Positions 47,749 to 55,579 of a DNA stretch of 55,579 bases are shown piece by piece. How positions within the stretch are numbered: the stretch's first letter is position 1; each line of letters opens with the position of its first letter. The notes beneath the pieces are model-generated. The model had not been told where the DNA came from and searched no databases. It worked only from the letters and a program-made list of their open reading frames with translations. Where the stretch lies: positions 1-55,579 of the forward strand of contig JAWLHR010000021.1 in NCBI GenBank assembly GCA_041690295.1, given 5' to 3'. The translations under genes were made by a program, and so were the position numbers. Source of the DNA: Bdellovibrionales bacterium. GTDB taxonomy: Bacteria > Bdellovibrionota > Bdellovibrionia > Bdellovibrionales > UBA1609.

Positions 47749-48165
47749 GTGGAACCTCAACAACCCCAAGCTCAACAAAGTCTTTTGATGACCGAACAGG
47801 ATTATGAGCGGCTCTCTCTATTGGTGCAGCATTCGGAATCGCGCGCCGCGAGCCAGCTTGAAGAAGAATTGGCCAGGGCGACGGTTTTGCCACAGGACAA
47901 GATTCCAAAAGACATCGTGACGATGAATTCGAAAATTCGTTTTGTGGATGAAGAAACCGGCAAAGAATCGGAAGTGACTCTGGTTTATCCGAAGGACGCC
48001 GATGTGACCTCACGTAAAGTGTCGGTGCTCGCCCCCGTGGGAATGGCGTTGATTGGTTTGCGAGTCGGCCAATCCATCGAATGGCCAATGCCCAACGGTC
48101 CGCGCAAATTAAAGGTAGTTTCGATTCTCTACCAGCCGGAAGCCGAAGGGCATTGGGAACTATGA
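47749..48165 (+). CDS. rnk: Regulator of nucleoside diphosphate kinase (GreA/GreB family)
   Basis: DYERL, LEEELARA, VTMNS, TLVYP and VSVLAPVGMALIGLRVGQSIEW..YQPE. Confidence 0.92.
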   Translation: MEPQQPQAQQSLLMTEQDYERLSLLVQHSESRAASQLEEELARATVLPQDKIPKDIVTMNSKIRFVDEETGKESEVTLVYPKDADVTSRKVSVLAPVGMALIGLRVGQSIEWPMPNGPRKLKVVSILYQPEAEGHWEL

Positions 48166-49187
48166 AATGGAATTTTTTAGCTCCGAACGGAGCTGATCTT
48201 TATATCGATCTTGGAACCGCCAACACCCTGGTGGTCAGCCGCGAGGGCGGAATTGTCGCCAACGAACCGTCGGTCGTCTGCTACATGGACCACGGGCCGA
48301 GGCGCGCCGTGATCGCGGTGGGCAACGAAGCCAAAGTGAAAATGGGCCGCACACCCGGCGTTATGACCGCGAGCTTCCCGCTTCGCGAAGGCGTGATCGC
48401 GGATTTGGATATCACCGAGGCGATGCTCAAATACTTCATCAGTAAGGTAGGGCCTTCCAAAATCTTCCGACCTCGGCTGGTGATGTCCCTTCCCTACGGC
48501 GTGAGCGATATCGAAAAAAGCGCGGTTCGACAGGCGGGACAGGCCGCAGGCGCGCGTGAGGTGATTTTAATTGAAGAACCGATCGCCGCCGCCATCGGTT
48601 CCGGACTTCCCGTGGCCCAACCCACCGGCAATCTGGTGATCGACATCGGCGGAGGAACCACGGAAGTGGCGGTCATTTCTCTGTGCGGAATCGTGCACTG
48701 TGAATCTGTCCGCGTCGGTGGACATGCCTTTGACCAGGCCATCGTTCACTATATTCGCAGGCAGTACAACTTGATCGTCGGTGAACCTTCGGCCGAAAGA
48801 GTCAAAATCCAAATCGGCTCGGCCATGCCCGAAGGTTATAACGCGACCGCCGAAATTCGTGGCGTGGATGCCACCAACGGGCTCCCCCGCGAGGTGACGA
48901 TCACTGCAAGCGAAGTCTATTACGCCATTGAGGATTTACTTGAGATTATTTTCGACGCTGGCCGCAGAACACTCGAAAGCACGCCGCCCGATTTGGTGTC
49001 CAGCATCCTCGAAAACGGCGCCATCGCGGCCGGAGGCGGTTCGCTGCTGAACGGCTTGGACCGTCGACTTTCCGAGGAATTAAGAATACCCGTCAAGATC
49101 GCTGAAGAACCCTTGCTGGCGATCGCCCGTGGCGGTGAAAAAACCCTGCACAATCCCCAGCTCCTCAGCAGGATCACGCTCGACTGA
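48162..49187 (+). CDS. mreB: Actin-like rod shape-determining protein MreB (orphan paralogue)
   Basis: IDLGTANTLV, EPSVV, EEPIAAAIG, DIGGGTTE and AGGGSLL; ATGA overlap with rnk. Confidence 0.9.
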   Translation: MKWNFLAPNGADLYIDLGTANTLVVSREGGIVANEPSVVCYMDHGPRRAVIAVGNEAKVKMGRTPGVMTASFPLREGVIADLDITEAMLKYFISKVGPSKIFRPRLVMSLPYGVSDIEKSAVRQAGQAAGAREVILIEEPIAAAIGSGLPVAQPTGNLVIDIGGGTTEVAVISLCGIVHCESVRVGGHAFDQAIVHYIRRQYNLIVGEPSAERVKIQIGSAMPEGYNATAEIRGVDATNGLPREVTITASEVYYAIEDLLEIIFDAGRRTLESTPPDLVSSILENGAIAAGGGSLLNGLDRRLSEELRIPVKIAEEPLLAIARGGEKTLHNPQLLSRITLD

Positions 49188-49248
49188 CCGTCCCCCACTT
49201 GATTTCGCCTCTGGAGAGGATCATCCTGATCCTTAGGAGATCACTTCA

Positions 49249-50502
49249 ATGGAAGAATCACGAAACGTCGTGGTCATCGGCGGCGGTATCGTTGGCGTTT
49301 GTGTCGCCCGTGAACTTCAACGCGACGGACATAAAGTCACTCTCATCGAAAAAGGCGCGATAGCTCAAGGATGTTCGTATGCCAATGCGGGCTGGATCAC
49401 GCCGTGTTTTGCCATGCCGTTGCCCCAACCTGGAATGCTGTTGAAATCGTTGCGCTGGCTCCTCGATCCGATGAGTCCTCTGCATATAAAACCCAGCCTT
49501 GATCCCGTCTTGGTGCGCTGGCTTTTACTTTTCATGGGAGCGATGACCCGTAAAAAAATGATGAAGAGCATAGAAGCTCTCACCGCGCTTTCCAAATTCA
49601 GCCTGGAATATTACGCCGAATTCGCCTCACCGAGAAAAGATGAAGTGGGGTTTCGTAAGAACGGACTTCTCATGGTCAGCGGCGATGATGAAGGTCTGGA
49701 GTACGCGCGCAAAGAAATGGATCTCATGGCCGGCCAGGGCATCGAAGGCCGGTTCATGGAACGCGATGAATTGTTGGAATTCGAACCCGTGCTCAAACCG
49801 ATTGTCAAAGGCGGCGTTTACTTTCCCAACGAAGCGCAGATCGAACCCTATACCGTAAGCCAATTCATCGCTCGCGAATTCAGCGATCACGGCGGAACCA
49901 TCCTCGCCAACACCGAGGTTTTTGATTTTAACGTTTCACCGGGTGGGAGAGTCGAAGAGATCATCACGACGCACGGAAAGATTCGCGCACCTCTCGTGGT
50001 TTTAGCTGGTGGCTCCTGGACGCCGACACTCGCGCGAAGATTGGGTCTGTCGATTCCTCTCTTGGGCGGTAAAGGTTATTCGATGTCCGTCACCAGCTCT
50101 TCACGGCGGCCGTCTCGCCCCATCATGATCGTGGATCGCAAAATCGCGGTCACGCCGCGTGCGGATTCCGTTCGCTTGGCGGGCACCTTGGAATTGGTCA
50201 ATCAGGATTTCAGCATTTCACCATCACGGCTGAACGCCATTCATCAGGGCGCCCATGAATATTTGAAGCTGGATGGTGAGGACGAACCGAGGGACATTTG
50301 GCGCGGACTCAGACCATGCACACCGGACGGCGTACCTCTGATTGGATTTTCGGATGAGGTGTCCAATCTGTTTTACTGCACAGGGCACCAAATGCTGGGC
50401 CTGCAAAGCGCTCCGGGTTCGGCCAGGCTCGCCGCCGATCTGATCGGCGGCCGGACTCCATTCACGGATCCGGCGCCGTTCAACCCTGGTCGGTACGAGT
50501 GA
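49249..50502 (+). CDS. dadA: FAD-dependent D-amino acid dehydrogenase family protein
   Basis: VIGGGIVG, CSYANAG, GKGYS, WRGLRPCTPDG and TGH.MLG. Confidence 0.82.
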   Translation: MEESRNVVVIGGGIVGVCVARELQRDGHKVTLIEKGAIAQGCSYANAGWITPCFAMPLPQPGMLLKSLRWLLDPMSPLHIKPSLDPVLVRWLLLFMGAMTRKKMMKSIEALTALSKFSLEYYAEFASPRKDEVGFRKNGLLMVSGDDEGLEYARKEMDLMAGQGIEGRFMERDELLEFEPVLKPIVKGGVYFPNEAQIEPYTVSQFIAREFSDHGGTILANTEVFDFNVSPGGRVEEIITTHGKIRAPLVVLAGGSWTPTLARRLGLSIPLLGGKGYSMSVTSSSRRPSRPIMIVDRKIAVTPRADSVRLAGTLELVNQDFSISPSRLNAIHQGAHEYLKLDGEDEPRDIWRGLRPCTPDGVPLIGFSDEVSNLFYCTGHQMLGLQSAPGSARLAADLIGGRTPFTDPAPFNPGRYE

Positions 50503-50508
50503 ACTCAG

Positions 50509-51259
50509 TTATCCTTGGAAATCACAGACCAGCAGAGTGGTGATCGCATTTTTCTTCAAGGGATCAACTTCGCCAACACTAGAAAATCCCGGCGCGTCTT
50601 GGGCTAGATAAAGCGGTCGCTGTTCCCCCGTTAAACGATCAAAAAGAATCTCTTCCGATTTATACATTTCCCGATCAATCAATCCACTGATCAGATCCTC
50701 AATTCTATAAAAGCTTGCCGCCCCGTCCGAAGACTGAACCACATAAAGAATATCGGTGGGAAGTTTTCTCGGTTGGAACTGCGGATAGGACATGACGGGC
50801 TCGTACGTCTGAGCCTCAAGTTCAGCGATCATTTTGTCCACAACTTCCGCGGCCGCAGGCTGTTTCTCTTTAAGCTTACGAAAATGATCGATTTGTTTCT
50901 GCTTCCATCGGCTGAATCGAGAAAGTCCCTGGGCATAGTCGGCTTCATAGCGCGCGCGGCTTTCTTCATATTTCTTTCTCGAATCTTTCGAGCCAGAGAT
51001 CATGTTCTCCCAATTGAACGGGCCTGCCGAAGTTATGGGCCAAGAGAAGCGATTTTGTGCCGATCGTGGCTTTATAGATTTTGCCGCCCGGTCCATTGGC
51101 CACCAATCTCATGGGTTGTGCGCTCATGGAAATGCCTCCATCGGCATCCACCTGGCGGACCACCATTTGGCAGTCCTCGAAATAGTGGATTTCCGGGGTT
51201 TGCGCATGGACGGAAGTTGTTCCCACGGTGACAAATAAGGTTACGAGCAAGGCCCTCAT
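50509..51259 (-). pseudogene. Secreted hypothetical protein split by an apparent 1-bp frameshift near 50969-50980
   Basis: The 5' part (ATG 51259, AAGGAG RBS, signal peptide) stops at 50966. An overlapping frame continues KKYEESRARY... to 50509. Removing one A gives a single 249-aa ORF. Confidence 0.6.
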
Positions 51260-51299
51260 GTTCACTCTCCTTGATTTAATTCGAATTCGCCTTCGAGGG

Positions 51300-51315
51300 T
51301 GCAATAGAGGTGCCT
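51300..51315 (-). promoter_or_regulatory. Sigma54 promoter candidate
   Basis: Minus strand AGGCACCTCTATTGCA fits GG-N10-GC, 41 bp upstream of the ATG at 51259. Confidence 0.62.
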
Positions 51316-52094
51316 CAGCGAGCCACGCAGTCCCTTAAACGATATTTCCGACCTGGATTGGCGCAACCCAAGTCGTAGCACCAGCCGCGGCCGTTCCAGA
51401 CGGCGGTATGCCCTTTTCCATGACTACCGCCCGACCAGGAAGCGACGGCCCCCACGGGTGGATTGGAGCAGCTCACGGACCGCCAACCTTTGCGGCGAAG
51501 ATAGCTGGTCATCCCCACACCGTTGCCCACCCGACCCACACAACCACCGATGGCCCGGCAAACGTAGGCCACGCACCCATAATAGCTTCCACCATTGCGG
51601 TTTCGATAATGATCGCGACCGCGACGCGAAAAGCCCCCCCGCCGTCTTCCCGCTTCTTTGTAGGATTCGTAGGACGCGAAATTTTGGTGGAGATCCGCGA
51701 AATCCCCCTCGCTGACAAAAATCAAACCCGCACTTTGGAAATCCTCTAGGGTGAGCAAAATTCGATCAGGCATTTCCCCATCGGCCTGCTCCTTATCGTT
51801 GAGCACGATCGAAATCTCCACCTCACCCGAGCCTAAAAACTGGACGTGCACCGGCTCACCCGCGGTGAAACCAATGGTGGGCTGTTCAGGGTCGATGACG
51901 AACTCATCGCCGTAGTACTCGCCGCGCGGAAGAATCTCCGTGTCCTGAGCGAATCTGTATATTCCATTATGTGGAACGACGATTTTCGGCACCAAAGAGG
52001 ACCTTGGCCGCTCCGTCGCCCGCTCGATGGCGGCGTTGCTATTCAAGCTCACGAGCAAAAACGTAACTAAGACACCGAATTTTTGTAAGTTCAC
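51315..52094 (-). CDS. Secreted protein with a C-terminal CHAP/NlpC-P60-like domain (putative peptidoglycan hydrolase)
   Basis: Signal peptide; GCVAYV (catalytic Cys), GNG, PPVGAVASW and KGHTAV (catalytic His); GGAGG RBS before the GTG. Confidence 0.75.
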   Translation of the reverse strand: MNLQKFGVLVTFLLVSLNSNAAIERATERPRSSLVPKIVVPHNGIYRFAQDTEILPRGEYYGDEFVIDPEQPTIGFTAGEPVHVQFLGSGEVEISIVLNDKEQADGEMPDRILLTLEDFQSAGLIFVSEGDFADLHQNFASYESYKEAGRRRGGFSRRGRDHYRNRNGGSYYGCVAYVCRAIGGCVGRVGNGVGMTSYLRRKGWRSVSCSNPPVGAVASWSGGSHGKGHTAVWNGRGWCYDLGCANPGRKYRLRDCVAR

Positions 52095-52170
52095 GGTGGA
52101 CCTCCAGCTGACTTGGTATTTCGATGATTCGGTTCCTTAGCAATTCCCGTGCGCGAATCGCAAGATCAAT

Positions 52171-54318
52171 TCACGACGCGCTCGACTCATCGGCGCTAAA
52201 ACCGCGCGAGCGCAGTAAGGCGTCGACCTTGGCATCACGACCGCGAAATTGCCGGTAAGCCTCCGCGGGATCGATGGCGTTTCCAACCGAAAGGACATTT
52301 TCAAAGAACCGCTTCGCCACGTCCCGATTGAAGGCGTTACCGGTTTCAGTAAACGCCTCGAACGCATCGCTGTCCAAAACTTGCGCCCAAAGGTAGGCAT
52401 AGTAGCCCGCCGCATAGCTGTCGGAACAAAACAGATGCAGGAAATGCGGAATTCGATGGCGCATGATGATTTCCGACGGCATGCCGATTTCCTTCAGCGT
52501 TTCCTCTTCGAACTTGCGAAGATCTTTAATTGGTTCCGTCGTGAGATGAAGTTTCATATCCACGATCGCCGCGGCCAAAAACTCGGCGGTCTCGAAGCCC
52601 TGGCGGAAGGTGCTGGTCCGCTCGATTTTTTCGATCAGTTCGTCGGGAATGGGATTTCCGTTTTCATCACGTAAGGATTTTAAAATCTCCCGCGTCTCAA
52701 GAAAGTTTTCATGGACCTGCGAGGGCAACTCGACGAAGTCGTGGGCCGTGTTGGTGCCCGACAAAGACGGATAGGTCACATTCGAACTCAAGCCATGAAG
52801 AGCATGCCCGAATTCGTGAAACATCGTGACCGCATCCATCCACGATATGAAAACCGGTTTGCCTTTTTGGGCCGGAGAAAAATTGGTGTTATTCGAAACA
52901 AGAGCGGTGACTTCCTCACCGTCCATCCGATGTTGCTCACGGTAGGACGCCATCCACGCGCCCGAATTTTTACCGGGCCGGGCGAACGGGTCAAAATACC
53001 AGAGCCCGATTTTCTTCCCCTCGCGTGTGACTTCATAAACCGTAACATCCCGGTGGAAAACCGGAACTCCCGAGATGGGAGCGAACTCCAAGCCGTAGAG
53101 TTGTTCCGCCATCCAGAACATCGCCTGGCGGACATTGTCCAAACGGAGATAGGGTTTTAATTCATCCAAATCGAAGTCATATTTGGCTTTGCGAACCTTC
53201 TCACTGTAGTAACGGTAATCCCACGGCTGGATTTTGAAGTCGCCACCTTCCCTATCCACGATCTCCTGCATTTCCCGGACTTCTTTTTGGACCGCCGCGA
53301 CCGCCGGACGCCAGATTTTCATCATGAGTTCCATCGCCGTGGAAGGATCCTTGGCCATCTTGTCCGCGAGCTTCCAGTGGGCGAACGTGGGGTAACCCAG
53401 AATTTTAGCCCGTTCGGTGCGAAGCTTAAGAATTTCAGCCGCCACCTTGTTGTTATTGTATTTGTTCTCCTGATCCCCGCGGGAACTAAAGATGCGGAAG
53501 GCCTTTTCCCGAACCGCGCGACTGTCGGCAGAGGTCAAAAGCGGGTCCATCACGGATCGCGTGTTCGCGAATACCCAACCTTTTTTCTTGCGCCGTTTGG
53601 CCTCTAAAGCCGCGGCTTCAACTAAAGATTCACTGAGACCCGCCAAATCTTCTTTATTGGTGATGTGCAAATAATCGTTTTCTTCATCACCCAATACGTT
53701 CTGGCTGAACTTGGTCATCAAGGCGGCGAGCTTTTGATTGATTTTGGCCACCTTGGTTTTATCCCGAGGACTCAGCTTCGACCCCTTGAGAACGAATTCG
53801 GTGTACTTCAACCAGGTCAAACGCTGCTGCTCGGTCGTAAGGTTCTTATATTCGGGGGACTGATAAACCGCTTCGATGCGTTTGAAGAGTTTGATGTTCT
53901 GAGCGATTTCGTCCTGAAAAGCGGCGATTTTCAGAGCCAGGTCGGACTCGATTTTTCGAAACTCCGGCGTATTCAGTGAAACCTTCCAAAGAAAATAGAT
54001 CGGAAGCACTCGATTAAAGACCTCACCCGCCCGCTCCAGGGCCACCAAAGTGTTTTCAAAATTTGGCGCGGCCTTGTCGTTGGCGATTTCATTGATCCGC
54101 TGGCGATAATCCCGAATGGCGGAGAGAAGCCCCGACTTGATGTCTTTCACTTTGACCTTATCGAAAGGCGGGACGCCCCCATAGGGGCCTTTCCACTCGG
54201 CGAGCAATGGATTCGTTTTTGTATTGGTTTTTGTTTTGACTCTTTTACTGGCTTTCGTGGATTTGGTTTTAGCCGCCCGTTTGGCAGGGGCGCGTTTCGA
54301 TGTCTTGGCTCTCGTCAT
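52171..54318 (-). CDS. dcp: M3-family metallopeptidase (peptidyl-dipeptidase Dcp-like)
   Basis: NPLL, KNSGAWM, FHEFGHALH, DFVELPSQ and YAAGYYAYLW. Confidence 0.92.
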   Translation of the reverse strand: MTRAKTSKRAPAKRAAKTKSTKASKRVKTKTNTKTNPLLAEWKGPYGGVPPFDKVKVKDIKSGLLSAIRDYRQRINEIANDKAAPNFENTLVALERAGEVFNRVLPIYFLWKVSLNTPEFRKIESDLALKIAAFQDEIAQNIKLFKRIEAVYQSPEYKNLTTEQQRLTWLKYTEFVLKGSKLSPRDKTKVAKINQKLAALMTKFSQNVLGDEENDYLHITNKEDLAGLSESLVEAAALEAKRRKKKGWVFANTRSVMDPLLTSADSRAVREKAFRIFSSRGDQENKYNNNKVAAEILKLRTERAKILGYPTFAHWKLADKMAKDPSTAMELMMKIWRPAVAAVQKEVREMQEIVDREGGDFKIQPWDYRYYSEKVRKAKYDFDLDELKPYLRLDNVRQAMFWMAEQLYGLEFAPISGVPVFHRDVTVYEVTREGKKIGLWYFDPFARPGKNSGAWMASYREQHRMDGEEVTALVSNNTNFSPAQKGKPVFISWMDAVTMFHEFGHALHGLSSNVTYPSLSGTNTAHDFVELPSQVHENFLETREILKSLRDENGNPIPDELIEKIERTSTFRQGFETAEFLAAAIVDMKLHLTTEPIKDLRKFEEETLKEIGMPSEIIMRHRIPHFLHLFCSDSYAAGYYAYLWAQVLDSDAFEAFTETGNAFNRDVAKRFFENVLSVGNAIDPAEAYRQFRGRDAKVDALLRSRGFSADESSAS

Positions 54319-54482
54319 GGGATCTCCCGCGCTCCCACGCAAGCTACCAGCCTGGCGGTCTTCCATCAAGGGGCCATTGGTTCATGCCACGCCGGGCGCT
54401 TAAGCGTATAACATTTAAACAGTTTGTATTTTGTGCCAGCGCGCTTGGCGGCCTGGTCGCTTTATGCTAAATCGGCCGGACC

Positions 54483-55370
54483 ATGCACAATTGGGCATTT
54501 CTGATCGGGGCTTTGTTGGCCTGCTTGTTCTCCGGGACCGCGACGGCTATTCCTGTGCCGTCGAAAGAGGCATTGCCGTCCGGGCGCCTCTGGGACCCCG
54601 CCGGGGTCATCGGCAAAGATGATCGCGTCGAGCTGACGAACTTTCGTTCCCAAAATTTTAGAAACTTCCCGAGCCCCCAGGAATTCCACGCTTTGCGCGC
54701 CTGCTCGGGTTACGTTCAGTGCCCGAAGTACTACCAAGGGTCCGCCACCGTGGTCGGACATTCGCAACAAATCGTTACGGCCCGCCATTTATTTTTCGTA
54801 AACGGAGACTTCAACCTTGTCATTCCTGATCTGAACAGTTGTTTCTTCCAAACCTATGAAGGCGAAAAAATTCCGCTGAATCTCAGCAAAGAAGAGGTCA
54901 CCTGGGTCGACCCCTTTCGTTCTCCGAACTACGATTACATCGTTGCCAAACTGCAAACGCCGGTGAGCAAATGTAAGGTTCCGTTTCGTGTGACGTACAG
55001 GGAAGGAATGTACGCGGAACTTAATGAAGGTGATCCCATCATACTTTTGACTCACCTTCATGACGATATGGACCGCCAAAAATTTTCCGGTCACCAGCCG
55101 ATCGTTCAGGAATGCCGGGTGCGGCATGTTCGTCGGGCGCCGTGGCCGAGGCCGCCCCTCTACTACACCGATTGCGACACTAACTTTGGGGCTTCAGGCG
55201 GATTGATTTTTACCCGCCAGTTTGGCGCCTTAACGGCCAAAGCCCTTAACGTGGCCATGGGCACCCATGACGTCAAATTAGAAAGATTCGATTTTGCCCG
55301 CGGCCACTACAGCATCGGCGTGGGCATCCTCGGCGATTTCTTTAACGACATTAAGGGTCTGAACGACTGA
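54483..55370 (+). CDS. Secreted trypsin-like serine protease
   Basis: Signal peptide, GVIGKDDR, and catalytic TARH, YDY and CDT.FGASGG. Confidence 0.85.
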   Translation: MHNWAFLIGALLACLFSGTATAIPVPSKEALPSGRLWDPAGVIGKDDRVELTNFRSQNFRNFPSPQEFHALRACSGYVQCPKYYQGSATVVGHSQQIVTARHLFFVNGDFNLVIPDLNSCFFQTYEGEKIPLNLSKEEVTWVDPFRSPNYDYIVAKLQTPVSKCKVPFRVTYREGMYAELNEGDPIILLTHLHDDMDRQKFSGHQPIVQECRVRHVRRAPWPRPPLYYTDCDTNFGASGGLIFTRQFGALTAKALNVAMGTHDVKLERFDFARGHYSIGVGILGDFFNDIKGLND

Positions 55371-55374
55371 TCGC

Positions 55375-55500
55375 GGGCGGGTGCGGTGTGACTTCCGGTT
55401 CGGAAGTAAGCCGGGGTGAATATTTTGGGCGTCGCTCCCTGGTCAACTGTGCCCGGGCTCACCCGAAAGTGCTCACTGGTCCTATGGAATGGACCCGCCC
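55375..55500. other. GC-rich intergenic element with nested base-pairing potential (possible structured RNA)
   Basis: Terminal inverted repeat GGGCGGGT/ACCCGCCC, inner GGGTGA/TCACCC pair and hairpin ACTTCCG-GTT-CGGAAGT. Confidence 0.35.
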
Positions 55501-55579
55501 CTTGTCTGACATACATTAATGTCAATTTGCGGTATCTAGGTACCAAATAAGTTATCGCACTTATTAGCAAGGGGAGGAG

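Noticed and set aside
55420..55470. Resemblance to a c-di-GMP-II or ZTP riboswitch, or HEARO/omegaRNA (GGGCAC, GTTGACCAG, GGGAGCG)
   Set aside because: The required partner elements and their order are missing, and no IscB or suitable downstream gene lies on that strand.
1..55579. CRISPR arrays, tRNA/rRNA genes, prophage or defence systems
   Set aside because: No spaced direct repeats, cloverleaf or rRNA signatures, or phage or defence genes were recognised by eye. The MazG-like and beta-CASP genes look like housekeeping types.

Overview
A 55.6 kb bacterial chromosomal segment with about 55 tightly packed genes. The gene content (many secreted orphan proteins and hydrolases, FecR/FN3 proteins, a class III cyclase, an orphan MreB, HiPIP) suggests a Bdellovibrionota-like predator; this is inference, not a database result. 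From left to right: a 5'-truncated IS1-like transposase; phoU-phoB-phoR; pdxJ-gloB; a FecR-FN3 protein and an FN3/beta-barrel protein converging on a membrane adenylate cyclase; tlpA, rpmG, a MerC-domain protein, an EEP-family hydrolase, a subtilase, a hybrid kinase, an SDR, cdd and folE2; a Tat-exported HiPIP; an unusual class A PBP operon with an isoaspartyl peptidase; a cluster of secreted orphans (MACPF-like, M15-like, pilin-like); a CBS/NtrC/PAS-kinase/Rcp1-type signalling cluster; a csoR-Cu ATPase-multicopper oxidase operon; an HPF-like gene with a beta-CASP nuclease; a four-gene, seven-heme cytochrome c operon led by a Cyc2-like cytochrome-porin fusion; rnk-mreB-dadA; a frameshifted secreted gene; and CHAP, M3 and trypsin-like hydrolases. 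The best candidates for undescribed systems are the Cyc2-like electron conduit with an apparent sigma54 promoter, the FecR/barrel/cyclase trans-envelope cAMP module, and an M15-like hydrolase with an internal second signal peptide. No rRNA, tRNA or CRISPR array was recognised. All calls come from reading motifs by eye; no searches were run.
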